The notes under the pieces: generated by a model
What the model was told of the DNA's origin: nothing
Databases searched by the model: none
The model's input: only the letters and a program-made list of their open reading frames with translations
Shown: positions 8,677 through 16,229 of the stretch, piece by piece
Position numbering within the stretch: position 1 is the stretch's first letter
How the letters are laid out: each line of letters opens with the position of its first letter
Translations under genes and position numbers: made by a program
Virus record (IMG/VR): IMGVR_UViG_2724679570_000003
DNA: 20,000 nt
Source: an uncultured virus (IMG/VR IMGVR_UViG_2724679570_000003)
Lineage: Duplodnaviria > Heunggongvirae > Uroviricota > Caudoviricetes
Strand: one strand, 5' to 3'

Positions 8677-9273
8677 TTATTTAATTATTCCTAGTTTCCA
8701 ATTCTTCCTTGTTATTGGTTTATATTGAGTATCACCTACTTCTATTTCATCTCCATTTTTAATTATTCTATTATTAAAAATTTTTGCATTTACATTTGGT
8801 ATATTCCCTTCACTATCTCTAGTAACCATAAATCTAATACAATCATGGTCAACCAATTCTATTAATCTTTTACTTCCTTTAAATAGATATCCTTTAAAAT
8901 TAGTTAATAAAGAATAACAGTAGCAATCTATATTTAAAATATCTACTATATCTGATATTTGGTTTATTTGTTCTTCTGAAAGAAAATTACATTCATCTAT
9001 AATAATTGCTTTAATATTTCCTTCAGTATCTATGTATTCCATTACTTTTGTAAAAATATTTTCATCAGTATCAATCCATTGTGCAGGAATTTTATTTCCA
9101 TTCCTTGAAGATATGTAACATTCCTCTATGCCTTCTCTAGTGTCTATTCTGCTTTTTAAGGCTAATACATTCATTTTATTTAGTTTATATGAATTATATT
9201 CTCTAATTAAGTCTTCTGATTTTCCAACGCCCATACAAGCAAATATTACGTGCAGTTTAGCTATATTAATCAC
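8677..9273 (-). CDS. tdk: thymidine kinase (TK1 type)
   Basis: P-loop ACMGVGKS, RIDTR, ISSRNG, Walker B IIIDECNFL, LLTNFKGYLFKGSKRLIEL, IEVGDTQY. Confidence 0.9.
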   Translation of the reverse strand: MINIAKLHVIFACMGVGKSEDLIREYNSYKLNKMNVLALKSRIDTREGIEECYISSRNGNKIPAQWIDTDENIFTKVMEYIDTEGNIKAIIIDECNFLSEEQINQISDIVDILNIDCYCYSLLTNFKGYLFKGSKRLIELVDHDCIRFMVTRDSEGNIPNVNAKIFNNRIIKNGDEIEVGDTQYKPITRKNWKLGIIK

Positions 9274-9917
9274 TCTCCTTTATGTAATTTATTTTCATAA
9301 TGAAATTTTAAATTGTGTAAATCTATACTTTTTTCTGCATTGTTATTTATTAAATTGTTTTGTATTTGATGAATTAGAGTGTAAAATTCTTTATGGTTAC
9401 TTACTCTTAACCCTTTCCATTTGTCATTCCAATGCTGAGAAAAAGCTACAGATATCCCGTCTTTTCTTTTCCATTCTATTAAGTTGTTTATATTGTCATC
9501 AAGCAACACTCGATTATCTCTAGCTAATAATGATTTATCTCCAGTAAACACTAAATCTTTTTCAACATTTATAAAAGGTAAATATTCTTTTATCCATTTA
9601 ACTTTTTCACTAACACAATAATCTGAATTGTATTGAGGTAAAGTTATTATTTTAATTTTAAAGCCTTTTTCATGTAATATTGTAGCAATATTTATTGAAT
9701 TATTGACAGGGCTGCTTTTATAAAAAGCACCCTTTTCTAATAATAAATTTTTAAAATACTCTTTACTGGCTTTATTACAATCACTCCACCAATATGATTT
9801 ATTGTCATTAGGTTTCATATCATCATTAAAATCCTTATTATATTTATTTATAATATATGAACTTAGATCATATAATACTTCATCCATATCATAATATATT
9901 TCTAATTGCTTAGTCAT
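9270..9917 (-). CDS. 5'(3')-deoxyribonucleotidase, NT5C family HAD phosphatase
   Basis: YDMDEVLYD motif I, EKVKWIKEYLPF, GDKSLL, LLDDN, QHWN; GAGGT RBS before ATG at 9917. Confidence 0.9.
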   Translation of the reverse strand: MTKQLEIYYDMDEVLYDLSSYIINKYNKDFNDDMKPNDNKSYWWSDCNKASKEYFKNLLLEKGAFYKSSPVNNSINIATILHEKGFKIKIITLPQYNSDYCVSEKVKWIKEYLPFINVEKDLVFTGDKSLLARDNRVLLDDNINNLIEWKRKDGISVAFSQHWNDKWKGLRVSNHKEFYTLIHQIQNNLINNNAEKSIDLHNLKFHYENKLHKGE

Positions 9918-10509
9918 CTGATACCTCACTTTCTATACTATCTTCAAAAATTTTCCATAGTTTTGTAAAACAATCTCCTAGTTTTTCATAGCAGCCTAAA
10001 CTATTTTCAATTTCTCCTTGGCAGTATTGATTTAAATAACCTACTTGATTTTTAAATGAAGGTTGATTAATATTAGGTTTAGTTTTAAATCTTATGTCAT
10101 CAGCCCACCCTACAATACCTTTATATTTATTAGGTTCATATTCTATCATAGTTTTAAATCTACTTATTTCTCCACCTACTCCTTCATCTAATGGCAATTT
10201 AAGATGTGCTAATACAAAATTACAAGTTCGTAGTTGTGAATTATCTCCTTCTGCTATCATTCCTCCTGTTATAGTAAAGTCTTCTGTATCTTTCTTATTA
10301 AAATCTGCATGTTGTGGTAAGTAATAATCTAAATTAACTTGTTCACATATATCAGCTATTAGTTCTAATCCTATTTGATCTAATTCACTAAATAATCCTT
10401 CAGATGCAATATAAACCTTTGCTTTATGTTTAAAATCATAGTTATCTATAACTTCTTGTAGTTTGTGTTCCTGAACAAATTCTTTTACTCTTTTTTTAAA
10501 GTTTTTCAT
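9910..10509 (-). CDS. nucleoside 2-deoxyribosyltransferase family protein
   Basis: VYIAS..LF, YLPQ, D..QL, DEGVGGEI (nucleophile-type Glu retained). Confidence 0.75.
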   Translation of the reverse strand: MKNFKKRVKEFVQEHKLQEVIDNYDFKHKAKVYIASEGLFSELDQIGLELIADICEQVNLDYYLPQHADFNKKDTEDFTITGGMIAEGDNSQLRTCNFVLAHLKLPLDEGVGGEISRFKTMIEYEPNKYKGIVGWADDIRFKTKPNINQPSFKNQVGYLNQYCQGEIENSLGCYEKLGDCFTKLWKIFEDSIESEVSDD

Positions 10510-10523
10510 AAATTAAATCCTCT

Positions 10524-10751
10524 CTATTCTAAATTTAATTGCTTTTTAATTTCTACTACATGAAATGGTGTGTCTTTAGGTATTAAACTCTCTATTAAAA
10601 TACTTTCTTGCTTATTATTTGAAAATGCTTTAATAGTCAATATTTTATCCACATCAAAATTATATCCTTTTGTAGTAAAAACTTCTAGGTTATTATTTCT
10701 TAGTATATCTGCAATTTCTTGACTTTGTTTTGTTGATTGAGGTAATATCTC
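10524..10751 (-). pseudogene. 75-codon reading frame (EILPQSTKQSQEIADILR...QLNLE*) separated from its start by the IS insertion
   Basis: Open from the IS right end to TAG at 10524, which abuts the RBS of the next gene; the frame has a stop inside the IS hairpin. Confidence 0.65.
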
Positions 10752-10964
10752 CTGAACCTCACACGACTAAAGTCGCGTGGTTCTTATTTCCTTAGACTTC
10801 CAATATACTCTCATTTATAGGATTTACATTATTTCGATAACCTATATCTTACAACATATAATGACTCATCTAATTATAATAAGACTTTTACTACCAAAGA
10901 CATCATTATGTCCATTAACGATAATATAACGGCTCGGTTCAAAACCATATTTATTAACATTTAA
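10752..10964 (-). ncRNA. TnpB omegaRNA (reRNA) scaffold region; guide is the flank starting near 10751
   Basis: About 210 nt non-coding between tnpB stop and right end; local hairpins (GACAT-AATG-ATGTC; TATAGG...CCTATA); TGAACC (10941-10936) complementary to terminal GGTTCA (10758-10753). Confidence 0.7.
10760..10783 (-). repeat. IS right-end hairpin CACGCGAC-TTTA-GTCGTGTG with guide GAAC
   Basis: Seen directly; GAAC predicts cleavage motif TCAG (10755-10752) by the IS608 pairing rule. Confidence 0.85.
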
Positions 10965-12500
10965 TTATATTCCCATACTGCTTATTAATTTAATACCGTT
11001 TTTCTTTAATTCTTTTAATCTATTTATTTCTTTGTCATGTAATTTTTTAAAATTATTATAAGTTTCAATACATTTTTCTCTATCTATTTTATCTAATTTC
11101 TTACCTGTAACATTCATAATTAAAAATGCACTATACATATCTCTTTGTATCTTTATATCACTATTCCATCTATCTTTTAATTCTTTTTTATTATACTCAT
11201 CTGTGAAATGATTATATTGACTTGCTTTGCACTTCTTAGTATCTATCTTTAGTATTCCTAATTTCTCATATTTAAGTTTTCTACTAATCATTTCAATTAA
11301 CATTGCTGGTGCTTTGTTTGCTAAACTCTTGCCAAATCTTTTCTTTTTGTTATACTTACCATTTTTATTAATAGTGGTTTTCTTACTTCTTCTTTGCAAA
11401 CCTTTATAATTCATAGCTTCAACTAAAATTCTATTACCTAAGGATATTATATAATTAGCCAATTTTTCATGACTTTGTTTTCTGATACTAGCTTGTTTCC
11501 TTTGTATATCTCTTAATTCATTTTGTATTTTAATGTATTTATTAGATTTATACCATTTTAATTTGATTCCTCTTTTTATAGTACCATCTTCATTATAATT
11601 ATTAAGATTATTAGCTCTACGTTGTCTATCTAATTTTCTTTGCAATATTATTTTTTTATGTTCTATATTTTCAATTTTTGGACATAACTCCAATAGTTTT
11701 ACATCATATTTACTTGATATAGCAATAGTTTGAGTTCCTATATCTATTCCTACACTTCCTTGACCTATACTACCTTTTATTTCACCAGTTTGTTTATTAA
11801 TCTTTTGTGGTGGAATTCCTTCCAGTATCAATTGTACGTAGTATTTATATTTACCCCTTATTAATTTTCTAAGTATTCTACAGTATTTAACTCTATCTTG
11901 AATTGCCTTTTGTGCATACAAGTCATTATTTTTAATAATTATAGGAATATTTAATTTATTCCATTTAATCGTATTTGTATCTTTATCATATTTTAAACCA
12001 CTTTTATTCCACTTATTTTCAATAGAATTATATTGACCATATCTACTAAAATATACTTTATTAGCATCTCCATGTAATAACCTATCAAACTTACTCCATA
12101 CTCTATCAGCTATTGTTTGTGCTTCTAAGCTATTTATATTACTTTTAAAATGTTTATACATAGGTTTTATATCTTCATAAAGTAAATATTGTGATAGACT
12201 ATACTTTAAACATACTTCTTCTAGCTGTTTATACAACCATTTTCTTTGTTTTTCTAAAGACTTTTTAATCTTTTCATTGTCTGAATTATGATATTTTTTA
12301 TTAATAGGATTTAATTGTTTTTTAATTTGTTTATATAGTTTAGATTCCATCATAAGATTATATCTTTTTAACACTTTTCCTGTTAAGGCATTAGATATAT
12401 TTCTTGCTATCTCCAACCTTTTATTAATTATATCTTCTTGATATTTTTCTGTATGTAATGACAGAGTTAATACATAACTCGGAGTTTTATTTTTCTTCAC
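10965..12500 (-). CDS. tnpB: RNA-guided endonuclease TnpB (IS200/IS605), about 511 aa
   Basis: RuvC-I GIDIG, RuvC-II LVEAM, RuvC-III QRDMYSA; YYVQLILEG; AAGGAAG RBS before GTG at 12500. Confidence 0.9.
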   Translation of the reverse strand: MKKNKTPSYVLTLSLHTEKYQEDIINKRLEIARNISNALTGKVLKRYNLMMESKLYKQIKKQLNPINKKYHNSDNEKIKKSLEKQRKWLYKQLEEVCLKYSLSQYLLYEDIKPMYKHFKSNINSLEAQTIADRVWSKFDRLLHGDANKVYFSRYGQYNSIENKWNKSGLKYDKDTNTIKWNKLNIPIIIKNNDLYAQKAIQDRVKYCRILRKLIRGKYKYYVQLILEGIPPQKINKQTGEIKGSIGQGSVGIDIGTQTIAISSKYDVKLLELCPKIENIEHKKIILQRKLDRQRRANNLNNYNEDGTIKRGIKLKWYKSNKYIKIQNELRDIQRKQASIRKQSHEKLANYIISLGNRILVEAMNYKGLQRRSKKTTINKNGKYNKKKRFGKSLANKAPAMLIEMISRKLKYEKLGILKIDTKKCKASQYNHFTDEYNKKELKDRWNSDIKIQRDMYSAFLIMNVTGKKLDKIDREKCIETYNNFKKLHDKEINRLKELKKNGIKLISSMGI

Positions 12501-12518
12501 AATATTCACTTCCTTTCT

Positions 12519-12662
12519 ATAAATAATACAAGAACTCAATTGACTATTTCAAAAGATTTGAAAAAGCAACTAGAAGAGATAGCTAAAAAACAAAATAGAA
12601 GTTTTAATAATTTAGTTATCACTATATTACAATCATATGCAGGAAATTCATCCCATGACTAA
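12519..12662 (+). pseudogene. ribbon-helix-helix (Arc/CopG-like) ORF inside the IS, lacking a canonical N-terminal start
   Basis: INNTRTQLTISKDLKKQLEEIAKKQNRSFNNLVITILQSYAGNSSHD*; stop lies in the left-end hairpin loop. Confidence 0.7.
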
Positions 12663-12684
12663 AGTCACGGGTGTTCTTTCCTGC
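12639..12684 (-). repeat. IS left-end hairpin CCCGTGAC-TTTA-GTCATGGG with guide AACA, inside an outer GCAGGAAA/TTTCCTGC stem
   Basis: Seen directly; AACA predicts target TTAT, present at 12691-12688. Confidence 0.85.
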
Positions 12685-12718
12685 CTTATAAATTCCTCAT
12701 TTATTAAATTGTTTTTAA

Positions 12719-13261
12719 TTAGGATGCAAGTGCTAATTCGTTTTGTAATTCTTCTATATCAAGTTCTAATTTGTTTCTTTCTTCTAACATTTGATTTAAT
12801 TTTTCTAGTTTTTGCTGTAATCTAAATTTTTTTAGTTTATTCTCTGTTTCTATTTTAATTTTATGTAACATATTAACATCTGTATTTTCTTCTGTTATAG
12901 TTTGTTTTTCCACAATATGTGTTATTGTATATTCATGTGTAAGAACACATTCTTCATTTTCATAACAATCACCTATCATATTTTCTTTCCATATAAGTTT
13001 TATGTTATATTCTGTTTTATTATTTAAATATACAATAATGTCTCCATCAGTATATCCCATATCTTCATTTACATATGTAATATAAGCTAATCCATTTTCT
13101 AATATATCTTTAAATATGTCATCATGTTTATCTAAATTGGCTATAATTAAGTTATAATAACTAAACAAGTCTTCATTGCCATTCCTTATAATTTCTTGAT
13201 ATATTCTTTCAAATAAATCTTTTGTAAATTGATTTTTAACTTCTTGTAATTGATTTTCCAT
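12719..13261 (-). CDS. hypothetical protein with C-terminal coiled coil
   Basis: 180 aa ORF; GGAGGG RBS. Confidence 0.75.
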   Translation of the reverse strand: MENQLQEVKNQFTKDLFERIYQEIIRNGNEDLFSYYNLIIANLDKHDDIFKDILENGLAYITYVNEDMGYTDGDIIVYLNNKTEYNIKLIWKENMIGDCYENEECVLTHEYTITHIVEKQTITEENTDVNMLHKIKIETENKLKKFRLQQKLEKLNQMLEERNKLELDIEELQNELALAS

Positions 13262-13300
13262 TAAATTCCCTCCAAAATATATTTGTTTAAAACTAAAATT

Positions 13301-13615
13301 TTATAATATTTTGTTCCTTAATTGAATAATTTCTTTAAGCTTATTTCTTCTACATTCTTTCAAACTTTCTGTCCCTTTATCAACTTGATATTCTACCTCT
13401 TCTATTAGCAAAGCAATTCCTTCGTGCAAAAGTTGCTTTTCTCTTTCATTTAATAAATCCTCATATAAATAATGGATTTCTTCATCTCCATTACCGCAAT
13501 ATGGACAAATATAGGTAATTAAAACTTCATTCTTTTTAATTCTTCTACAAGACATAACGTCTGCTTTTTCATTACAGTTTGTACATATTATTTTAATGTT
13601 TTCTATAACCAACAC
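13301..13615 (-). CDS. zinc-ribbon protein
   Basis: CTNC...CPYCG; AGAGG RBS. Confidence 0.7.
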   Translation of the reverse strand: MLVIENIKIICTNCNEKADVMSCRRIKKNEVLITYICPYCGNGDEEIHYLYEDLLNEREKQLLHEGIALLIEEVEYQVDKGTESLKECRRNKLKEIIQLRNKIL

Positions 13616-13623
13616 CTCTTTTA

Positions 13624-13944
13624 TTATTCTATTTCTTCGACTTCAACTTCTGTTTCATAGGGACTATCTTCACTAACAACATTGATATTAATTGTTTCAT
13701 TAACCTCATCTTTATCGCAAAACCATGGCTTTTCTCCATCAATTAGAGGATTTCCATATCCCTCTATAAAACCCTCTCCAAACCTAGCTCTCATTTGTGC
13801 TATATGTTCTGCATGTTCTTCGTATGTATCAAAATCAAACATACATTCTCTAAAATTTTTCATCCATTTTTCGTCCAATTGTTTATCATCTATTTCTATT
13901 TCATATTCATCTGTTCTATGTACTACACATTTATATTTTTTCAT
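13624..13944 (-). CDS. acidic hypothetical phage protein
   Basis: 106 aa ORF; AAGGAG RBS. Confidence 0.75.
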   Translation of the reverse strand: MKKYKCVVHRTDEYEIEIDDKQLDEKWMKNFRECMFDFDTYEEHAEHIAQMRARFGEGFIEGYGNPLIDGEKPWFCDKDEVNETININVVSEDSPYETEVEVEEIE

Positions 13945-13958
13945 AACAAGTCTCTCCT

Positions 13959-14138
13959 TTATTCTTCTACCCTAAATTTTGAATCTATACTAATATCTAC
14001 TTTTCCACCAATTTCATCTTCTAAAACTTGTTTAACACACTTATCGAGCTGTTCTTTAGGATTATCTATCAAATCCTCTTTATCTTTAACTTCGCCTATT
14101 GCGGTTAGTTTAATCGTAGCTTCATATTTAGCTTCCAT
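13959..14138 (-). CDS. small hypothetical protein (59 aa, MEAKYEATIKLTAIGEV...), not in ORF track
   Basis: Hand-translated; GGAGGT RBS. Confidence 0.7.
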   Translation of the reverse strand: MEAKYEATIKLTAIGEVKDKEDLIDNPKEQLDKCVKQVLEDEIGGKVDISIDSKFRVEE

Positions 14139-14159
14139 ATTATCTATATACCTCCATTT

Positions 14160-14321
14160 TTACAATATGTTATTATAACTATAAGAACTTCTTATTATAT
14201 CTTCATACACTTCTTCTATTTCTTTTGTTTGAATTTTAAATATCTCATCTATTTCTTGTATTGCAGTTGCTTTATCTACATTGAATTGTTGCATATAGGA
14301 TTCTATATCTTGTTCTGACAT
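14160..14321 (-). CDS. small acidic protein (53 aa, MSEQDIESYMQQFNVDKATAIQEI...), not in ORF track
   Basis: Hand-translated; AAGGAG RBS. Confidence 0.7.
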   Translation of the reverse strand: MSEQDIESYMQQFNVDKATAIQEIDEIFKIQTKEIEEVYEDIIRSSYSYNNIL

Positions 14322-14350
14322 ATAATTCTCCTTCACGTATTATCTTGTAA

Positions 14351-14899
14351 CTAAAGATTTTCCCAATCTGTATACATAAGTACTTCATAAAGTTTTGTCA
14401 CCTGTGGACTTCTCCATGCTGTCATGGCATATGGATGAGGATTTTTATAATGATAATTATTTGATTTAACATGTTCTTTGCATTCTCTTAAAGTTAGAAA
14501 CATTGTATTTGGTGCAATTTGTTTCTCAATTCTATAATTAACTAAACTTATATTTTCTAAATGCAATTCATCATTCATAAAATCAAAAGCATCTCCTATT
14601 GTATTCATTGGTTCAAATCCATCAATTAATATTGATCCATTTAAAAATTTAATTGTATATTCTAAACAGTTGTCATAAATGTAATCCAATAAAAAATCAC
14701 AAGCTGCTTCTAAAGTATCTCCAATTTCTTCGCTACCATAATAAATTGTTTGTCCTGTAATATCAAATCCATCATCAATTCCATATATTTTTACATCTTG
14801 TATAACAACCCAAAATCTCGGATTGGCTTGACCAACAGTATCTTGAGTTAACATTTCATGTTGTAATTGTTTTAGAAAATCTTTATCTTCTTTTTTCAT
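14351..14899 (-). CDS. conserved phage protein, possibly Ead/Ea22-related
   Basis: TQD..QANPRFWVV and FLTLRECKEH..NNYHY..PHPYAMTAWRS motifs; AAGGAG RBS. Confidence 0.65.
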   Translation of the reverse strand: MKKEDKDFLKQLQHEMLTQDTVGQANPRFWVVIQDVKIYGIDDGFDITGQTIYYGSEEIGDTLEAACDFLLDYIYDNCLEYTIKFLNGSILIDGFEPMNTIGDAFDFMNDELHLENISLVNYRIEKQIAPNTMFLTLRECKEHVKSNNYHYKNPHPYAMTAWRSPQVTKLYEVLMYTDWENL

Positions 14900-14901
14900 T
14901 C

Positions 14902-15051
14902 TTATCTCCTTATTATTCTTATGTATTCACTATATAACATTGGACTTATAACAAATTCTTGAAAACAATCCTGACAAACTGTTGAATATACAACTTTGTC
15001 GCCTTTTTTATCATATTCAATAATTGGTTTTCTGTTTTTATGATTACACAT
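14902..15051 (-). CDS. small CxH...CxxC zinc-binding protein (49 aa, MCNHKNRK...VCQDC), not in ORF track
   Basis: Hand-translated; fills the gap; RBS spacing is suboptimal. Confidence 0.55.
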   Translation of the reverse strand: MCNHKNRKPIIEYDKKGDKVVYSTVCQDCFQEFVISPMLYSEYIRIIRR

Positions 15052-15070
15052 TACTTTCCATGTTCTCCCA

Positions 15071-15433
15071 TTACTTAATTTTAAATGGAATATAACTATC
15101 GCTTAAACCATTTGTTAATAAAGCACATTCTAATTCTAATTTTGTATTAATAAATTCTCTATATTTTTCAAGTATTTTTAATCCTTCTTCTATTGGTATT
15201 TCTGTGAATTTATCCTCGCAACCATAATCACCTTCATACATTATTCCATCTTCATCTACACCTAATTCTATAGAAAATTTTTCTTTAACTTGTGGGTGAG
15301 ACACATATATTAATATTCCTGAAAATGTTTCAAAATGGTGTGTTGACTTTAAATCTATTTTACAAGTTTTGTTACACTTAATTAGTTCATCAAATGATAT
15401 ATTCATATCAAAATTTTTAGACACTTTATGCAT
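15071..15433 (-). CDS. hypothetical protein
   Basis: 120 aa ORF; GGAAGGG RBS. Confidence 0.7.
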   Translation of the reverse strand: MHKVSKNFDMNISFDELIKCNKTCKIDLKSTHHFETFSGILIYVSHPQVKEKFSIELGVDEDGIMYEGDYGCEDKFTEIPIEEGLKILEKYREFINTKLELECALLTNGLSDSYIPFKIK

Positions 15434-15497
15434 TTTATTCCCTTCCTTATTTTAAAATTGTTTTATATTATAAAATTGAACTTTTATCATATTTTTT

Positions 15498-15899
15498 TCA
15501 AATAATTATTTCTTTTATTCTTTGTATAGTTTTGTCAATCATTCGATTTCTACTTAATTCCCATTTCTTTTTATCTTCATCATATGGAAATTTATCATTC
15601 AATTCACCATAGTTGACCCAAGTTTTTTTATCTTCTAGCAAATATCCGTATTTTTGTCCTTCTAACCATTTGATTAATTCAATGAATTTTTGATTATTAA
15701 AATTAAAATCTTTTGAATGATTGAAGGGTTTGCAAAACTTGCCGTTTATACATCTTGTTGTAACTAATATATCTTTACCACAATACTTGCATTTATAAAT
15801 TCTAATTGTTCTGTTGTCATTCTCAAAATCTTCTGTATTACAATCAGTTGTTTTTGTAAGTCTTAAAGGATGATGTAATAAACATATTAACTTTTTCAT
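15498..15899 (-). CDS. hypothetical protein with N-terminal C..HH...CxxC zinc motif
   Basis: LICLLHH...YKCKYCGK; AAGGA RBS. Confidence 0.7.
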   Translation of the reverse strand: MKKLICLLHHPLRLTKTTDCNTEDFENDNRTIRIYKCKYCGKDILVTTRCINGKFCKPFNHSKDFNFNNQKFIELIKWLEGQKYGYLLEDKKTWVNYGELNDKFPYDEDKKKWELSRNRMIDKTIQRIKEIII

Positions 15900-15985
15900 A
15901 TTTATTTCCTTTCTTTTAAGTTTTATTAAAATAATTTAAACTGTATAAAAGGTTCTGTTAACTTATAGTTGTATTGGGCATTACT

Positions 15986-16201
15986 TTACAATTTAACTTG
16001 CCCTTTAGAATCTGCTTTATCTAATATTTTCTTACACCTTTTACACGTTACCTCTGAAGAATTTCCTTTATTAGTTTCATCATCATGTTTCCACATACGA
16101 TTGCATACACTTGTCATTAAATATTCAGTACCATTCCACATTCTTATACCACAGTGTATAAGTTTATTTCTTTTAATTAAATTAATTCTACCTTCAAACA
16201 T
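15986..16201 (-). CDS. small H/C/CxxC zinc-finger protein (71 aa)
   Basis: AAGGAG RBS before ATG at 16201; IHC...VC...VTCKRC. Confidence 0.7.
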   Translation of the reverse strand: MFEGRINLIKRNKLIHCGIRMWNGTEYLMTSVCNRMWKHDDETNKGNSSEVTCKRCKKILDKADSKGQVKL

Positions 16202-16229
16202 ATTTTCACTCCTTTTTTTGAATTGCAAC

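Larger units (their letters stand above)
10752..12687 (-). mobile_element. non-autonomous IS200/IS605-family (IS1341-like) element
   Basis: Two related subterminal hairpins with GACTTTAGTC core; TTTAT target immediately 5' (12692-12688); right end GGTTCAG; tnpB present; no Y1 transposase. Confidence 0.88.

Noticed and set aside
10965..12500. Cas12f-type CRISPR effector
   Set aside because: No repeat-spacer array or cas1/cas2 in the window; the gene is bounded by IS200/IS605 end hairpins.
12501..12539. TnpB start at 12539 as in the ORF track
   Set aside because: The RBS AAGGAAG lies within this stretch and points to GTG at 12500.
10752..12687. IStron (group I intron plus IS605), suggested by the U at the 5' junction and the terminal G
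   Set aside because: Only about 190 nt lie between the left end and tnpB, filled by the hairpin and the RHH ORF; there is no room for, or sign of, a group I intron core.
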